Positions 1 through 9,131 of a stretch of 64,000 bases of DNA are shown here, piece by piece (position 1 is the stretch's first letter; the number at the start of each line of letters is the position of its first letter). The stretch covers positions 3,040,001 to 3,104,000 of the forward strand of contig OZ240241.1 in assembly GCA_965198115.1 (NCBI GenBank), written 5' to 3'. A program made the position numbers and the translations under genes. The notes beneath the pieces are model-generated. The model did not search any database and had not been told where the DNA came from. It was given only the letters and a program-made list of their open reading frames with translations. This DNA is from Candidatus Latescibacterota bacterium (GTDB lineage: Bacteria > Latescibacterota > UBA2968).

Positions 1-433
1 CAACCCACCTCAACAGCCGCGTCGTCGACGTCTTCCTCAGAACCGTCGCCCCTACCCCATCGGAACCTCAGTCGAGATCGTGAGCGACGAACACAAAGGC
101 TACCAAGGGGTCGTGGCCGACGTCGACGATTCTCGCCTAGATAGACCCAAGATCCGCCTCCTGTTCGACGAAACGGGTGAACGAATCGGCGCCATCGATC
201 TCGACTTGCGTGAGCGGGAGGACGTCCAAGTTGTTTCGGTGCGGGGTCCTGAGCCTGAAATGGAGCCTCTCGGCAGCTCGACTGTCTCATCCTCCACCCA
301 ACCGGCGCAAGAACAGACGCCAGTCGGCGAAGAAGAAGCCGACGAAATCGAATTCATCGACGCCGGAGACGAGGAAGTCGACGACGATGACGAGATCGAG
401 TTCATCAACTTGGACGATGAGGAAGACGCGTAG
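1..433 (+). CDS. 3' end of probable HD-GYP/HD-domain protein with acidic tail (partial; 1-nt frameshift near 51)
   Basis: Frame 3 reads HLNSRVVDVFLRTVAP and continues in frame 2 as YPIGTSVEI, typical of the HD-GYP C-terminus. The shift falls in a C run. Confidence 0.55.
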   Translation, partial: NPPQQPRRRRLPQNRRPYPIGTSVEIVSDEHKGYQGVVADVDDSRLDRPKIRLLFDETGERIGAIDLDLREREDVQVVSVRGPEPEMEPLGSSTVSSSTQPAQEQTPVGEEEADEIEFIDAGDEEVDDDDEIEFINLDDEEDA

Positions 434-592
434 TTCCCTTCATCCATCAAACCTGTCTCGATCGGCCCACCTTCGATCTTCAACCCGCCAAACACCGTCC
501 TCCCAGACCATCACCGCAAGCCGTGGTCCTAAAATCGTCCCCGTCCCACAAGAACGAACTACCAGCTTCTTTCCGTTTAGACAGCAAATCTG

Positions 593-1969
593 TCAGCGTC
601 CCCGCTTCAATCGCACGACGACTTCCACGTGTACAGTCTGTGGAAACATGTCGACCGGCTGCACGGCCGTGACCCCGTAGCCTTCTCGCCGAAACCTCTG
701 GACGTCACGCGCGAGCGTCACCGGGTTGCACGAGACGTATACGATGCGTCTCGGCGAGTGGGCGATCACGCGACCGACCACGTCGTGCTCGATGCCTGCG
801 CGTGGGGGATTGATCGTGAAAACATCCACAGGGCCATCGACCGAGGCTCCCCACACCTCTCCGCCTGCGTCGTCACAGCAGATCTCACAGCCTGCGATTC
901 CGTTCAGCTCGACATTGCGACGGGCATCCTCCACCGCGGTCTGCGAGACTTCGACCCCCACGACGGAGGCCCCCGCCTTCGCGCAGAGCATGCTCAGGAC
1001 ACCAACGCCGCAATAGAGATCCACGACACTGGAACCGGGTACGACACCAGCCTGGCCAACCGCGACCTCGTAGAGTCGCTCGGACTGAATCGGGTTGACC
1101 TGCGTGAACGTCTGGGGTGACAGTTGAAGCTCGAGCCCCGAACGCACGTCCCTCAGTCGGTCTTTCCCAGCGATCACCCGTTGATCTCTGGGAGGGGCGT
1201 GGCGTGACCGTTTGCGGTTGACGTGGACGATCACATTCGTTCCGTCGCCGCCTCCCGTAACGAGTCTACAGATAGGTGTTTGGCCGAAGAGACCACGAGG
1301 GTCACCATCGTTTCATTGCCCGATTCGCGGACGACGAGCCCCCGGAGGACCCCCGTCCGTCGTGACTCATCGTAAGGCCGAAGCCGCGTCGCACCGAGAA
1401 CACGCCCGATGCGTCGTCGGGTTTCATTCGCTTCGACGGACTGCAGCTGGCAATCTTCGACGGGAAATACTCCGGCTTCGTCAGCCCGATGAAGACCGGG
1501 ATAGGTCGTGCCATCCGGCGCCGCACCGAAGGCGTAGTCCACACGATCTCGATACCGTAGCTCGACCGGAGATGGCAGCACGTCCGGAACGTCGACCCGT
1601 ACCCCCCCTGTCCTCGAGTGCGGAAACGACCATCTCTCTCTTGAGCCGCAGCTGATCGGCATAGTCGAGGACCTGCCATTGACATCCACCGCATATGGCA
1701 GCGTGGGAACACGGTGGTTCTCGTCGAACAACACCGAATCGAACCGTTTCAACGATCTCCGCGTGGGCCCCCGTATCCCCGACCTTCACCGGACCCAGAC
1801 GAACCACGTCGCCAGGAAGTCCCCCCGGAACGTAGACCCGTCTCCCGTCATCCAACACATACCCCAGCCCTCCGGGCACGATACCCACCACGTTGGCTGT
1901 CCCGGTGCGTCCATCTTGTTCGCGCTTTTGGTCTAGCTTATCTTGCACCGTTCTTCTCACGTGATTCAT
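593..1969 (-). CDS. rlmD: 23S rRNA (uracil-5)-methyltransferase RlmD/TrmA family, split by frameshifts
   Basis: Three overlapping ORFs carry a TRAM-like start (VPGGLPGDVV), the Fe-S motif CSHAAICGGCQWQ, FTQVN, DLYCGVG, NPPRAG, YVSCNP and DMFPQTVHVE. Start uncertain. Confidence 0.85.
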
Positions 1970-1985
1970 CTGAACTGGAACAAAG

Positions 1986-2495
1986 ATGCCTCATCACATT
2001 TTTCTCGTGGATGACGAAGAAGCCGTCCGACTCATTCTGAACGACCTGTTCGAGAGCCGGGGCTACCGAATCTCGCAGGCAGTCGACGGGGCGGAGGCGC
2101 TCGAAAAGCTCAAAAGCACGAAAACAGAAGACGCGCCGGACCTGATTCTCGCCGACTACCAAATGCCCAACCTGAACGGGGTCGACTTCCTGATCGCCGC
2201 TCACGACATCTGCCCCGAGGCCATCCGCATCCTCCTCACCGCTCACGGTGACCTCGAAGTGGCTGTCAACGCCATCAACGATGCCCGAGTTTACAAGTTC
2301 ATCACAAAGCCGTGGAACAACCGCGATCTGCTCATCACGGTTCAGCGTGCGCTCGAGCACTACGACTTGATTCGCGAAAACCGCGCATTCGCCGATATGT
2401 TGGAGATGATGGTCGAAGAAAGCTCCGAAGAAATGGGTCGTCTACGCGAAGCACTCATAGAAATGGCGGCCAGAATACGCGGCCTCATCGATTAA
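1986..2495 (+). CDS. Response regulator (receiver domain plus C-terminal coiled coil)
   Basis: LVDDE, ADYQMP (phospho-Asp), LLTAHG and KPW motifs. Confidence 0.9.
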   Translation: MPHHIFLVDDEEAVRLILNDLFESRGYRISQAVDGAEALEKLKSTKTEDAPDLILADYQMPNLNGVDFLIAAHDICPEAIRILLTAHGDLEVAVNAINDARVYKFITKPWNNRDLLITVQRALEHYDLIRENRAFADMLEMMVEESSEEMGRLREALIEMAARIRGLID

Positions 2496-2542
2496 TCGCC
2501 TCTCGATTCCTTCCACCCACTAATTCCTCGCATCAGCCGCGC

Positions 2543-2569
2543 TAAAGCTTTCCCGTCTCCTGCCGATGG
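2543..2569 (+). promoter_or_regulatory. Putative sigma28 (FliA/SigD) promoter
   Basis: TAAA (2543-2546), N15, GCCGATGG (2562-2569); consensus is TAAA-N15-GCCGATAA. Confidence 0.6.
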
Positions 2570-2575
2570 TACCAA

Positions 2576-2877
2576 TAGGACTAGACCCAAACGGACGTCG
2601 TAAACCCGTTCGTCTCGGTCGGGAGCGGCAGAAAGCTCGAGACGAACCCTTCCCCAAGGCGGTGATGCGCTATGCTAAACCCGGTCACCTCCCTCACGAA
2701 CCGGGTGGAAGAGCGAGAACGCGGTCGGGATCGATCGAAACGTCGTGTACCCAAACGCAATAGGGACGACGACGAAAAGCATCCGCACGAAGAGCATCGT
2801 GGGGACCACGTCGACCTGACAGCCTGAACTTCTGCCATAAGAATCGGCCCGTCTGTTTCAGACGGGCCGTTTCGTTT
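2576..2877 (+). ncRNA. Candidate structured ncRNA, unassigned
   Basis: Intergenic, bounded by promoter and terminator. Helices 2608-2617/2638-2647, 2679-2685/2700-2706, 2721-2735/2810-2823 and 2741-2752/2763-2771, plus two possible pseudoknots. Confidence 0.55.
2845..2877 (+). terminator. Intrinsic terminator
   Basis: CGGCCCGTCTG-ttt-CAGACGGGCCG (11-bp perfect stem) followed by TTTCGTTT. Confidence 0.85.
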
Positions 2878-4040
2878 CATCCCCGTACCTCATCATACAG
2901 TCCTTCCAGCGCCGCCGCTTGTTTCCCGAGATCGTGATACGATTCTACGTGCGCTCGACCGGCAACCGCGAGACGCTCGGGCAGGGTGTCGTCTTTCGCG
3001 ATGCTACAGAGTGCATCGGAGAGCGCGTCGACGTCTCGCTCCTCCGTCAGGAGACTGCACGTGCCGTCAGGCGCCACGAAAGGGATGTCGGCGTGTCGGG
3101 TGCTCACGATCGGCGTGCCGCACGCCATCGCTTCCAGGAGCGCGACGGGTGCGCCACCCTCCGTGTCCCCATCGCTGGCGGTCACACTTGGATACAGAAG
3201 GACTCCGCACGTCTTCAGGAAACGAATCGCGGCATCGTGCGTGAGTGCGCCGTGAAATCGAACACGGCCCGCGATTCCCAAACGCCCCACCTCGGCCTCT
3301 ATGTCACCCCTCAGGGGACCATCACCCACCAATTCCAGCGTGATGTCCCGGTCATCCTTGAACGCACGCGCGAATGCCTGCACGCCGTAGGTGTGGCCCT
3401 TCTTCTCCCGAAAGGACGCATACATCAGGACCCGCTCGAAGGACCTGGAGGCCGGCGACACGTAGTCGAGTTTCGCCAGATCGGTCCCGAGCCGGTGTAC
3501 GCGGATTCGCGACCCGGGACATCCCAGCCGCTCGATGCGATCGGCCATGGCAGGCCCCTCGGCCAGGAAGAGATCGCCACGATCGAAGAGTGTCCTCAGA
3601 CGCCTTTTCCATAGCGGGATCCCGGGCAATGACGATGCGTCGAAGCCGTAGAAGGTCGTCACGATCGGAATCCTCGCATCGGCTGCCGCCGAAAGACACC
3701 GAAATCCCTCGTGGCCGTGGTGGGCGTGTGCGACGACCGCATCCTCACGCCGCATTACGTCGCCATAGCCCTGGTGCTGACCGCTGATCTTCCTTCTTAG
3801 ACGATGCCAGCCACGTCGCAGAGGATGAACGGCCGACAGATCGTAGACGGCCTCGAACGGAAACAGCGTCTCATTCTGAACCGTCTGTGTGAGAACGATC
3901 GGACGATACCGTCGCAGGCTGCGAACCTGATCGTAAAGCCAGACCGTCGTCAGCTCGAGAAACGGATCTGCACAGTGCGCGACGACCGGACTACGTTCGG
4001 CGGCAAAGTCGAGGGTCTGATCGGATTCGATCGTGTCCAA
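2877..4040 (-). CDS. Glycosyltransferase family 4 (WcaL-like)
   Basis: FREKKG, PSVTASDGDTEGGAPVALLEAMACG motifs. Confidence 0.9.
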   Translation of the reverse strand: MDTIESDQTLDFAAERSPVVAHCADPFLELTTVWLYDQVRSLRRYRPIVLTQTVQNETLFPFEAVYDLSAVHPLRRGWHRLRRKISGQHQGYGDVMRREDAVVAHAHHGHEGFRCLSAAADARIPIVTTFYGFDASSLPGIPLWKRRLRTLFDRGDLFLAEGPAMADRIERLGCPGSRIRVHRLGTDLAKLDYVSPASRSFERVLMYASFREKKGHTYGVQAFARAFKDDRDITLELVGDGPLRGDIEAEVGRLGIAGRVRFHGALTHDAAIRFLKTCGVLLYPSVTASDGDTEGGAPVALLEAMACGTPIVSTRHADIPFVAPDGTCSLLTEERDVDALSDALCSIAKDDTLPERLAVAGRAHVESYHDLGKQAAALEGLYDEVRG

Positions 4041-4054
4041 GGAGGCAAAGAAAA

Positions 4055-5474
4055 GGCTCTATCCGGGTTTCTCAACGGTGAAACTATAGAATGACAAGGT
4101 CATAGATCGTTCCCTACGCTTGGTTGTGTGTGTAGGACAATCAAAGCGAAGGGGGTGCGACCTATGACCGGGAGCAGATTACTATCGAAACTGCTGAGAT
4201 TCAAGGGGTTCCGTGTTGTCAGCTGGTGGTTTGAGGGGAGAAGCTGCTTCGTCATCGCCGTAAAGCCACATAAGAATGGTTGTTGTTGTCCGGAGTTCGG
4301 CCGTCGAGGTAAAATCGTCCGCACAATGCCCCATCCGCGTCGGTGGCGTGACATTCCGGTGTGCGGGTGGAGGGTCTGGCTTCTCTACCATCCTCGGGAG
4401 ATTCGGTGTCCTACCCACGGTCGTGTGGTCGAGGAGATTCCGTGGGCGGAGCGGTTCTCTCGGGTGACGTATCGCTTCGAGTATGCCATGCTGCGCTACT
4501 GCCAGACCATGACGCAGAAGGCGGCGTCCGAGTTACTGCGCATCTCTGCCTCGACGCTGTCGGATCTCCTTCACCGATCCATCACGCGGCTTCGTGAAGG
4601 TCATCGTATCCGAGGGCTCAAAACCATCGGGATCGACGAGATCTCCTACGCCAAGCGTCACAGGTACGCCACGCTCGTTTACGATCTGGACCGCTCCTGC
4701 GTGGTGTGGGTTGGCCGCGGCAGGGCGCGTAAAACGATCGATCGGTTCTTCACAGAGGCTCTCAGTCCCTACCAGAGATCCAAGATCGAGTGGGCCTGCT
4801 GCGACATGAGCGAAGCTTACATCGGAGCCATCCAGGAACACTGTCCGAATGCCAAGCTGGTCCTCGATCGCTTTCACATCGTCAAGGCTCTCAATGCCGC
4901 CGTTGACGAGGTCCGTAAGGACCAGTGGCGTAAAGCTGCCCCGGATGAGCGCAAAGCCATGAAGGGCCTCCGATGGCTCCTCTACCGGCACTCAGCGACA
5001 CGCTCCAGAGGGGATACTCGGACACTCAAAGCACTGGAGAAGGCGAACTACCGAATCTATAGAGCCTGGAGACTCAAGGACGAGTTCGAGCAGTTCTGGG
5101 AATACAAAGCGCCCTGGGCTGCCGAACGCTTCCTGAAATGCTGGACGACGTCCGCACTCAGAAGTCGACTTGAACCCCTGCGAAAGTTCGTCAGGACCCT
5201 GCGACAGCACTTCTTCGGCGTCCTCGCATTCGTGAACACGCGTCTTACCAACGCCATCGCCGAAGGCCTCAACCGAATCGTCCAAATCGTCAAGAACCGA
5301 GCCAGCGGATTCCGCACACTCGACGCATTCAACGATATGATCTTCCTTACCGTCGGAGACATAAACATCCCTGAGCAGATTCCGAAGAGGTTCCGCACAC
5401 TCTAACCGCGCCCCCATGCCAGGAACCACGGCACCTTCACCCACTTCAGCTCGTTGAGAGATCCGGATATAGCC
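4055..5474 (+). mobile_element. ISL3-family IS, copy 1 (1420 bp)
   Basis: Imperfect 23-bp IRs GGCTCTATCCGGGTTTCTCAACG / CGTTGAGAGATCCGGATATAGCC. 8-bp TSD AAAGAAAA at 4047-4054 and 5475-5482. Confidence 0.95.
4164..5405 (+). CDS. ISL3 family transposase
   Basis: IGIDEIS, CCDMS, DRFHIVK and TNAIAEGLN motifs. Zinc-finger CPEC reads CPEF in this copy. Confidence 0.95.
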   Translation: MTGSRLLSKLLRFKGFRVVSWWFEGRSCFVIAVKPHKNGCCCPEFGRRGKIVRTMPHPRRWRDIPVCGWRVWLLYHPREIRCPTHGRVVEEIPWAERFSRVTYRFEYAMLRYCQTMTQKAASELLRISASTLSDLLHRSITRLREGHRIRGLKTIGIDEISYAKRHRYATLVYDLDRSCVVWVGRGRARKTIDRFFTEALSPYQRSKIEWACCDMSEAYIGAIQEHCPNAKLVLDRFHIVKALNAAVDEVRKDQWRKAAPDERKAMKGLRWLLYRHSATRSRGDTRTLKALEKANYRIYRAWRLKDEFEQFWEYKAPWAAERFLKCWTTSALRSRLEPLRKFVRTLRQHFFGVLAFVNTRLTNAIAEGLNRIVQIVKNRASGFRTLDAFNDMIFLTVGDINIPEQIPKRFRTL

Positions 5475-5479
5475 AAAGA

Positions 5480-5514
5480 AAAACGGCCTTTCGAAAGGTT
5501 CGACAGGCCGTTTT
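5480..5514 (-). terminator. Intrinsic terminator hairpin of the 5530-5835 gene
   Basis: AAAACGGCCT...AGGCCGTTTT inverted repeat. ISL3 copy 1 inserted into its adjacent A tract. Confidence 0.65.
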
Positions 5515-5529
5515 GGAAAGTGATGTGCG

Positions 5530-5835
5530 TCAGTCGCCGGTTACGTCGACCAGATTGCCGGTTTCGCCAGGCTGATCGTTCGAATTCGTATCGCGTGTCT
5601 GCTCCTGTTCTTCCCGGAGCTGATCGGCCTGATCGGCCGTGGCGCCACGTTCGGGCTGCGCGGGTGCCGGTCTGTCGGTTTGTGCTTGTCGTGCGGCGGC
5701 CGAGATTTCGACCCGATCGGCACTGGCCGCCTCTGGGCGCGCGGCTTCGGCCGGTTCCTCCGCGCGATCGGCCCGGGGGGTATCTGGACGGGCCACTTCC
5801 GGTCGGGCAACTTGCCCGTCGACTCTGTTCGGCAT
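5530..5835 (-). CDS. Small low-complexity protein with FlgM-like motif
   Basis: AAGGAGGT RBS before MPNRVDG. Contains DRVEISAAAR and ends GNLVDVTGD. Confidence 0.6.
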   Translation of the reverse strand: MPNRVDGQVARPEVARPDTPRADRAEEPAEAARPEAASADRVEISAAARQAQTDRPAPAQPERGATADQADQLREEQEQTRDTNSNDQPGETGNLVDVTGD

Positions 5836-5956
5836 CGCTACCTCCTTGCAGGTGGAATCGAGACGCTTCCGTGCTCGATGAACACCTTGACACCTTCTTG
5901 GTGCTGCTGATAACTTAGCGAACAACTCTAGCCAATACAACCACTTTTACGAATTC

Positions 5957-7435
5957 TTGGCCTCTACTCAAGACTACCTTGCCATCGATCTGGGCGCGTC
6001 CAGCGGGCGTTCTCTGCTCGGGCGGTTCGACGGCCGATCGATTCATCTCGAAGAGACTCACCGGTTCCATAACAGGGGCTTACCCGTAGGAAACGCCCTC
6101 TACTGGGACTTTCTGGGCCTGTATGGCGAGGTCCTCACAGGCATCCGAAAGAGTGCCGAAAAAGGTGCTCTCACCTCGATCGGAATCGACACGTGGGGGG
6201 TCGATTTCGGCCTCCTGGACAAGAACGACGAGATCCTCGCGAGTCCCCGCTGCTATCGGGATCCCCGGACTCAGAGTACCATGGACGCCCTGTCCGAGGT
6301 CGTCCCGCGGGACCGTGTTTTCGACCAAACCGGCATCCAGTTCCTCGAGATCAACACGCTCTTCCAGCTCTATGCGATGGTTTGCGAGGGGTCCCCGCAA
6401 CTAGACATCGCGAAAACCTTCCTGACCGTCCCCGATCTGTTCAATTTTATGCTGACCGGCCAAAAGGTCTGCGAGTTCACGAACGCGACCACCACGCAGT
6501 GTTACAACCCTCGGGAACGTCGCTGGGCCACGGAGTTGCTCGACGCGCTTTCGATTCCGACGGGCATGCTGCCCGACATCGTGCCCCCGGGTACACGGCT
6601 CGGCCCTCTTCTCGACGTGGTATCCGAAGAAACCGGTGCGGGACCCGTCGACGTCATTGCCCCTGCGTGTCACGACACGGGATCGGCCGTGGCGGCCGCG
6701 CCCCTGACATCACCCGACGCACTCTACATCTCGTGCGGAACGTGGGCGCTCATGGGCGCCGAGCTTCTAAAGCCCACCATCACCCCGGCCGCGCTCGAAC
6801 ACAATTTCACGAACGAGGGCGGTGTCTGCGACACTTTCCGCTTCCTAAAGAACATTGTGGGTCTCTGGATCATCCAGGAATGTAAGCGGACGTGGGACCT
6901 GGCCGGCAAGGTCTACGACTTCGGTACGCTCACGGAGTTGGCACGATCCTCATCGCCCTTCGTCAGCTTTATCGATCCCGACCACGGCGATTTCGTCGCG
7001 CCCGGCGACATGCCCTCACGGATTCGTGCTTTTTGCGAAAGGACCGGCCAAAGGTCCCCTGAAGACGAGGGCGCGGTCATTCGGTGCGCGCTGGAATCCC
7101 TCGCGCTGAAGGCGCGACACGTCCTCGGACAACTTCGCACAACGTTGGGACGGACCTTCGACACGATCCACATTGTGGGTGGCGGAATCCAGAACACGTT
7201 GCTGTGTCAGCTCACGGCCGATGCCACGGGATGCGAGGTGCTCGCGGGCCCGGTCGAAGCCACGGCGATGGGGAACATCCTGGTACAGGCCATGGCATCG
7301 GGCGAAATCGAATCCCTCGACGAGGCGCGTCAGGTTGTTCGCGAATCGATCGAGATCGCCACTTACACACCCGCCGACCGTGATGCTTGGGATGAAGCGT
7401 ATGGTCGGTTTCAGGATCTGATTGAACCTTCGTAA
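5957..7435 (+). CDS. rhaB: Rhamnulokinase (FGGY family)
   Basis: LAIDLGASSGR, GIDTWGVDF, HDTGSA, NFTNEGG, LKNIVGLW and GPVEATAMGN motifs. Confidence 0.9.
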   Translation: MASTQDYLAIDLGASSGRSLLGRFDGRSIHLEETHRFHNRGLPVGNALYWDFLGLYGEVLTGIRKSAEKGALTSIGIDTWGVDFGLLDKNDEILASPRCYRDPRTQSTMDALSEVVPRDRVFDQTGIQFLEINTLFQLYAMVCEGSPQLDIAKTFLTVPDLFNFMLTGQKVCEFTNATTTQCYNPRERRWATELLDALSIPTGMLPDIVPPGTRLGPLLDVVSEETGAGPVDVIAPACHDTGSAVAAAPLTSPDALYISCGTWALMGAELLKPTITPAALEHNFTNEGGVCDTFRFLKNIVGLWIIQECKRTWDLAGKVYDFGTLTELARSSSPFVSFIDPDHGDFVAPGDMPSRIRAFCERTGQRSPEDEGAVIRCALESLALKARHVLGQLRTTLGRTFDTIHIVGGGIQNTLLCQLTADATGCEVLAGPVEATAMGNILVQAMASGEIESLDEARQVVRESIEIATYTPADRDAWDEAYGRFQDLIEPS

Positions 7436-7451
7436 AACGCACACGGAATGG

Positions 7452-7543
7452 TGTCCCCGTGCAGAGCACGGGGATGAGCGTGCTGCGTTGTCTTTCCAAA
7501 TTTAGTAATGCGCTCGCTCGCCCCTGGGCTCTGCCCGGGGGCG
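7452..7543. repeat. Dispersed palindromic intergenic repeat (family B)
   Basis: GTCCCCGTGCAGAGCACGGGA...CGCTCGCCCCTGGGCTCTGCCCGGGGGCG. Homologous to 48352-48528. Confidence 0.6.
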
Positions 7544-7579
7544 CGGGTTTGGTTCCGAATAGGAGCGAGCGAAAAGAAT

Positions 7580-8284
7580 ATGAAACCAACGACCATCGCG
7601 AAAACGCTCTCGCGTGAGGCAGGTGCCCTGTCCTTCGGGCCGCCTGTTACGCACGTATACAATCCGCTGGACTATGCGTGGGGTGCACATAGGGCTTACC
7701 TCGATCGGTACTGCAATCCCGACGCTACCGTTTTATTGTTGGGCATGAATCCTGGACCGTGGGGCATGGTGCAGACGGGTGTGCCGTTCGGCGAAGTCGA
7801 ACTCGTACGCGATTGGATGGACATCACGTCAGGCGTGAAGCGTCCTTCTTCCGAACATCCCAAACGCCCGATCGACGGTTTCGAATGCCACCGAAGCGAA
7901 GTCAGTGGTCGGCGCCTCTGGGGATGGGCGCGTGATCGCTTCGGCTCGCCCGGCGCATTCTTCGATCGATTCTTCGTCTGGAACTTCTGTCCCCTCGCCT
8001 TCCTGGAAGAGGGAGGACGAAATCGCACGCCGGATAAACTGTCATCCGAGGAGCGAGATTGCCTCTTCGAGATCTGCGACCGAGCTCTCGCCCGGATCGT
8101 CGAATACGTTTCACCTGAATGGGTTCTAGGCGTCGGAAAGTTCGCAGAGGGGCGTGCGAAGATGGCGCTTCCTGACAACACCCGGATCGGGACGATTCTA
8201 CATCCGAGCCCTGCGAGTCCGATTGCCAATCGAGGATGGGCCGAGCAGGCGGAAAAACAGTTAAAACAATTGAAAATTATGTAA
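7580..8284 (+). CDS. smug1: Single-strand selective monofunctional uracil-DNA glycosylase (SMUG1, family 3 UDG)
   Basis: GMNPGPWGMVQTGVPFG, SEVSGRR and HPSPASP motifs. Confidence 0.92.
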   Translation: MKPTTIAKTLSREAGALSFGPPVTHVYNPLDYAWGAHRAYLDRYCNPDATVLLLGMNPGPWGMVQTGVPFGEVELVRDWMDITSGVKRPSSEHPKRPIDGFECHRSEVSGRRLWGWARDRFGSPGAFFDRFFVWNFCPLAFLEEGGRNRTPDKLSSEERDCLFEICDRALARIVEYVSPEWVLGVGKFAEGRAKMALPDNTRIGTILHPSPASPIANRGWAEQAEKQLKQLKIM

Positions 8285-8323
8285 TTAAGGAACTACCAAA
8301 TCGGAAACTCCCCCCATGCCACG

Positions 8324-8560
8324 ATGGCTGGCGTCTGGCTCTATCGCGGCTTTCGTCACGACTTCGATGAAAAACAGCGTCTCGACACTACGCGCGTCGC
8401 ACGAACCGCGTGGCTCGCCTCCTTCCCCGTCCTCTTCGCGCTCTTCGCCTACCACTACCACCTGAGTGGGCCGTTTGCCCTCCTGTGGCTTCCTTCCTAC
8501 TGCTTCAGCACGCTTCTCATCTTCTCGCTCTCCGGAATCTACTACGACCGACGCGGATGA
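8324..8560 (+). CDS. Small membrane protein
   Basis: 78 aa with two hydrophobic segments, co-directional with neighbours. Confidence 0.5.
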   Translation: MAGVWLYRGFRHDFDEKQRLDTTRVARTAWLASFPVLFALFAYHYHLSGPFALLWLPSYCFSTLLIFSLSGIYYDRRG

Positions 8561-8652
8561 GACGCAGGCCGACACGTCTGACCTGATCGTTTTCCACTGT
8601 GACGGTCCACCCTCTCATTTATCTTTAGCTTCTGCCATCGAACTACCGTGCG

Positions 8653-9114
8653 GTGTACCCACAGGAGAGGTGTGTTTACGTGGAAGGTCTGGAAGATCAC
8701 ATCACTGAATATTGCAGCTCCGAGCACTTCTTCTTGCTCGATGACGCGCTGAAACCCCAAGCTGAGGACCTCTTGACCCACTTCTGCGATGGCACAGACG
8801 ACGGTCTGACGAACCAGAGCATCCTAAACGGTTTATCGGCCGTCGCGAACGCCGCCCTGCCGGCTGAGGTCAAGCGCGGCTTCCCTCGTCTTCTGAAGGG
8901 CTACGTCGAGTATCTTGCCGCCACGAGCCACGTGCCCGACCCGGAAGCCTGCACGGATTTCATTCAGGGTGCCGAAACCACCTATATCGCATCCATCCGT
9001 GACGACGGAAGCGTCAAGGGTGAGACCGTTCGCAACCGCCATACGGCTGTAGGCCGAAACGAGCCGTGCCCGTGTGGGTCCGGCAGGAAGTTCAAGAAGT
9101 GTTGCGGTAGATAG
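8653..9114 (+). CDS. SEC-C metal-binding domain protein
   Basis: C-terminal VGRNEPCPCGSGRKFKKCCG. Start uncertain. Confidence 0.85.
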   Translation: MYPQERCVYVEGLEDHITEYCSSEHFFLLDDALKPQAEDLLTHFCDGTDDGLTNQSILNGLSAVANAALPAEVKRGFPRLLKGYVEYLAATSHVPDPEACTDFIQGAETTYIASIRDDGSVKGETVRNRHTAVGRNEPCPCGSGRKFKKCCGR

Positions 9115-9131
9115 CAACGCAGAGATCCTCG

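Noticed and set aside
2566-2763. 65-aa ORF (and antisense 2581-2880)
   Set aside because: Its ATG lies inside the predicted -10 box, there is no RBS or motif, and the region is better explained by RNA structure.
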